Below are positions 37,806 through 40,730 of a stretch of DNA of 40,730 nt, one piece after another. The stretch is from Candidatus Gastranaerophilales bacterium (GTDB lineage: Bacteria; Cyanobacteriota; Vampirovibrionia; Gastranaerophilales; Gastranaerophilaceae), in assembly GCA_021199975.1 (NCBI GenBank), contig JAJQHF010000211.1:1-40730 (forward strand), read 5' to 3'. The notes under the pieces were generated by a model. It had not been told where the DNA came from. It saw nothing but the letters and a program-made list of their open reading frames with translations, and searched no databases. The position numbers were made by a program, and so were the translations under genes. Positions within the stretch are counted from its first letter, which is position 1. The number at the start of each line of letters is the position of its first letter.

Positions 37806-39134
37806 TCAATCCTTTATTTCACATATTGTTGAATTGTCAAAAGTAATATAATTCATTAAACAGTATCCGTTCTCAAGTTCAATTCGTAAATTTTTAAACA
37901 TGTTTTCTCCTAGAATATTTTGATGATACCAATCAACAGATGCTTCTGCATCTGCCCTTGAAATGCTTTCTATTCTAATATCAGTTATTTTTTTGCCTAT
38001 AATATTTTTTGAATATAATTTTGAAACATCACAATAAGGTACGGCTTCTTTATCTTTTACCTTGAATTCTTTATCAAGCGAAATTTGTAACCGGCTGCCG
38101 CCATACATATATAAAATCAATTTATGGTTTTCTATTTCTAATATAGTAGGCAAACCTGTATCCAAACAGACGTTTTCATTATCTTGCTCTAAGTCATATC
38201 GGTTAATTTTTGTAGAACTTTCTCCATATGCGTTAGAATATTCAGGACTAACAAATATTTTATCAATACAATTACCAATGAGAAGATGTTTTACAGACTG
38301 CACATAAACCCATAAATCAGAATAATTGCAGAATTCTAAATATTCCCAAGTATAATAATTGTCATCCGTCTTTTTATATTTTTTTAAATTATTATAAACA
38401 GTTTCAATAGTTTCTTGTAACATCTTTTGACTTTCAAATTTTAATGAATTATAAAATTCTTCAAAATATTTGTAAAAAATATCTTTATTTACTAATACAT
38501 CAAAATCTATAGGCACATATTCATTCTCTGAATTATCACAATAATTTTGAATCATAAACCTCACTTTATTATCTTTTTCCCAAGCCAGCAATTTATAGTT
38601 TGTAAACTCTTCAATGTGACAAACTCCAAAATGATTTGTTTTTAGATTTACTAAAAATTTTTCAAATTCAGAATATAAAGCACTTATTTCTACTACAGCA
38701 TAGGTCTTTTGAATGTTGGTTTCAAAGCCAACATCAACAGATATATGTACAGACTCTCTATCATCAAAATTCTCAACATCATTCCAACCTTCAAAATCAT
38801 AACTGAATTGAATCTTGTCTGTTATTTCACAATCTTTTAACGGATATGGAATTATCTCATTTTCTTTTACAAACCACCTGTTTAAATCTTGCCAATATAT
38901 CCAATGTGATAGTAGATGAACCATATCAGGACGGGGGAAGTAGTCTAAATTATCTTTTACTTTATAGACACATTGTCCTGCATTGAATACAATATAATCA
39001 AACCATTTATATTCTTTGATTTTTTCCTTAACATATTCTTTATCACCATCCAAAATAGCCAGTTTCCAACCGATTGAATCTTCAGTTTTATATGCTATTT
39101 CACAGTATGGGTACATAATATGTTGTTTATTCAT
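37806..39134 (-). CDS. Hypothetical 442-aa cytoplasmic protein (no recognisable domain), inserted between ilvBN and ilvC
   Basis: It is a long uninterrupted ORF with an AAAGGAAAG Shine-Dalgarno. The protein is acidic and rich in Trp/Tyr/Cys, with no signal peptide or TM helix. I recognise no motif. Confidence 0.6.
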   Translation of the reverse strand: MNKQHIMYPYCEIAYKTEDSIGWKLAILDGDKEYVKEKIKEYKWFDYIVFNAGQCVYKVKDNLDYFPRPDMVHLLSHWIYWQDLNRWFVKENEIIPYPLKDCEITDKIQFSYDFEGWNDVENFDDRESVHISVDVGFETNIQKTYAVVEISALYSEFEKFLVNLKTNHFGVCHIEEFTNYKLLAWEKDNKVRFMIQNYCDNSENEYVPIDFDVLVNKDIFYKYFEEFYNSLKFESQKMLQETIETVYNNLKKYKKTDDNYYTWEYLEFCNYSDLWVYVQSVKHLLIGNCIDKIFVSPEYSNAYGESSTKINRYDLEQDNENVCLDTGLPTILEIENHKLILYMYGGSRLQISLDKEFKVKDKEAVPYCDVSKLYSKNIIGKKITDIRIESISRADAEASVDWYHQNILGENMFKNLRIELENGYCLMNYITFDNSTICEIKD

Positions 39135-39187
39135 AATTCTTTCCTTTCATATAAATTATAAAACAAATATGTGTTAAAAATGGACAT

Positions 39188-39215
39188 AGCAGGGTGCAAT
39201 ATATTGCACCCTGCT
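39188..39215. repeat. Perfect 28-nt palindrome AGCAGGGTGCAATATATTGCACCCTGCT in the divergent intergenic region
   Basis: I checked all 14 base pairs by hand. It lies 54 nt upstream of the 442-aa gene start and ~190 nt upstream of ilvC. It contains TTGCAC in both orientations. It could be an operator, an RNA hairpin or an element end. Confidence 0.8.
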
Positions 39216-39346
39216 GCTTGTAAAAAACAATAAAGAAATTTTTTTGTATGGATTTAACATACTATATTTGAACATATTTTAATCCTATCTTGAAATTATT
39301 GTTCAGAACAAGCCCCTAAATAAATTTATTGACTATGTTTTTTTAA

Positions 39347-40402
<1,056 letters not shown>

Positions 40403-40431
40403 TTATTTATTTTTCTTATAACATTTTAAAA

Positions 40432-40460
40432 AGAGAAAGAACAATCTTTCTCTTTTTTGT
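40432..40460. terminator. Rho-independent terminator after ilvC (also usable by the convergent small ORF)
   Basis: The sequence is AGAGAAAGA-ACAA-TCTTTCTCT, a 9-bp stem, followed by TTTTTGTTTT and preceded by AAAA. Confidence 0.7.
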
Positions 40461-40480
40461 TTTATTATTTTAATTTTAAA

Positions 40481-40717
40481 TTAATTTTCTTCTTTATTTC
40501 CGCTGAAAAAATTTTTTATTTTATCTAGGAAACCTGTTTTTTGTTCCTGTTGATCTTCTTCATTTGGAGTTGCTATGCCATAAACAGCCATTGCTTTAGG
40601 TACAAATTCATCTTCACTGTCACTGTCCTTAGGTACATAAATCCCGTATACCATTTGTGCTTCTTTATATTGAGGAATTTTTTCGGGATAATTATTACTA
40701 CTTGAATTAATTTCCAT
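40481..40717 (-). CDS. Hypothetical small acidic protein with a duplicated VYGI motif
   Basis: 78 aa. QMVYGIYVPKDSDSEDEF and AMAVYGIATPNEEDQQE form an internal repeat. It has no TM helix, and its upstream region is cut by the window end. Confidence 0.4.
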   Translation of the reverse strand: MEINSSSNNYPEKIPQYKEAQMVYGIYVPKDSDSEDEFVPKAMAVYGIATPNEEDQQEQKTGFLDKIKNFFSGNKEEN

Positions 40718-40730
40718 GTTTATAATTTCC

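Noticed and set aside
39188-39215. Reading the 28-nt palindrome as a plain Rho-independent terminator
   Set aside because: It lies upstream of both divergent genes rather than downstream of one. No T-run follows it in either orientation. I have kept it as a repeat or possible operator instead.

Overview
This is an AT-rich (about one-third G+C by eye), tightly packed bacterial chromosomal segment with about 40 protein-coding genes. I saw no rRNA, tRNA, CRISPR array, transposase or integrase. Positions 1-6636 hold a minus-strand flagellar basal-body operon: two FlgF/G-type rod genes, flgB, flgC, an SLT lytic transglycosylase, fliE, fliF, a non-canonical ORF in the fliG slot, and the 5' part of fliH running off the window. 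Next come a SpoIID/LytB homologue, a Zn-ribbon ORF, an unannotated 31-codon hydrophobic ORF with a bidirectional terminator, and a cysS gene broken by a 1-nt frameshift. These are followed by a 1354-aa GH13 (alpha-amylase superfamily) protein with a very large insertion, and a divergently transcribed pair: a 94-aa tail-anchored protein and a 499-aa protein that looks like a PHP domain with all metal ligands substituted. The remainder is mostly housekeeping: a TPR/NHL lipoprotein, gatA, ruvB, an HSL-type esterase, a Crp/Fnr regulator, a Gly-zipper lipoprotein, atpD-atpC alone, a MATE transporter, a Cys-rich radical-SAM enzyme, a GT2, an orphan hisH, an aminotransferase, folE2, an internally duplicated small protein, tmk and serS. 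After these come a formyltransferase/TIM-barrel/PPTase trio, a parvulin, ilvB-ilvN, an orphan 442-aa gene bracketed by related hairpins, ilvC and a small acidic ORF. Inference only: flagella, a stand-alone atpD-atpC (beta/epsilon) operon, FolE2 and low GC fit a non-photosynthetic cyanobacterial sister lineage (Melainabacteria/Gastranaerophilales-like). I cannot confirm this without a database search. No recognisable defence or mobile system is present. The most unusual loci are the ilv-locus insertion, the pseudo-PHP/GH13 neighbourhood and the atypical fliG-slot protein.
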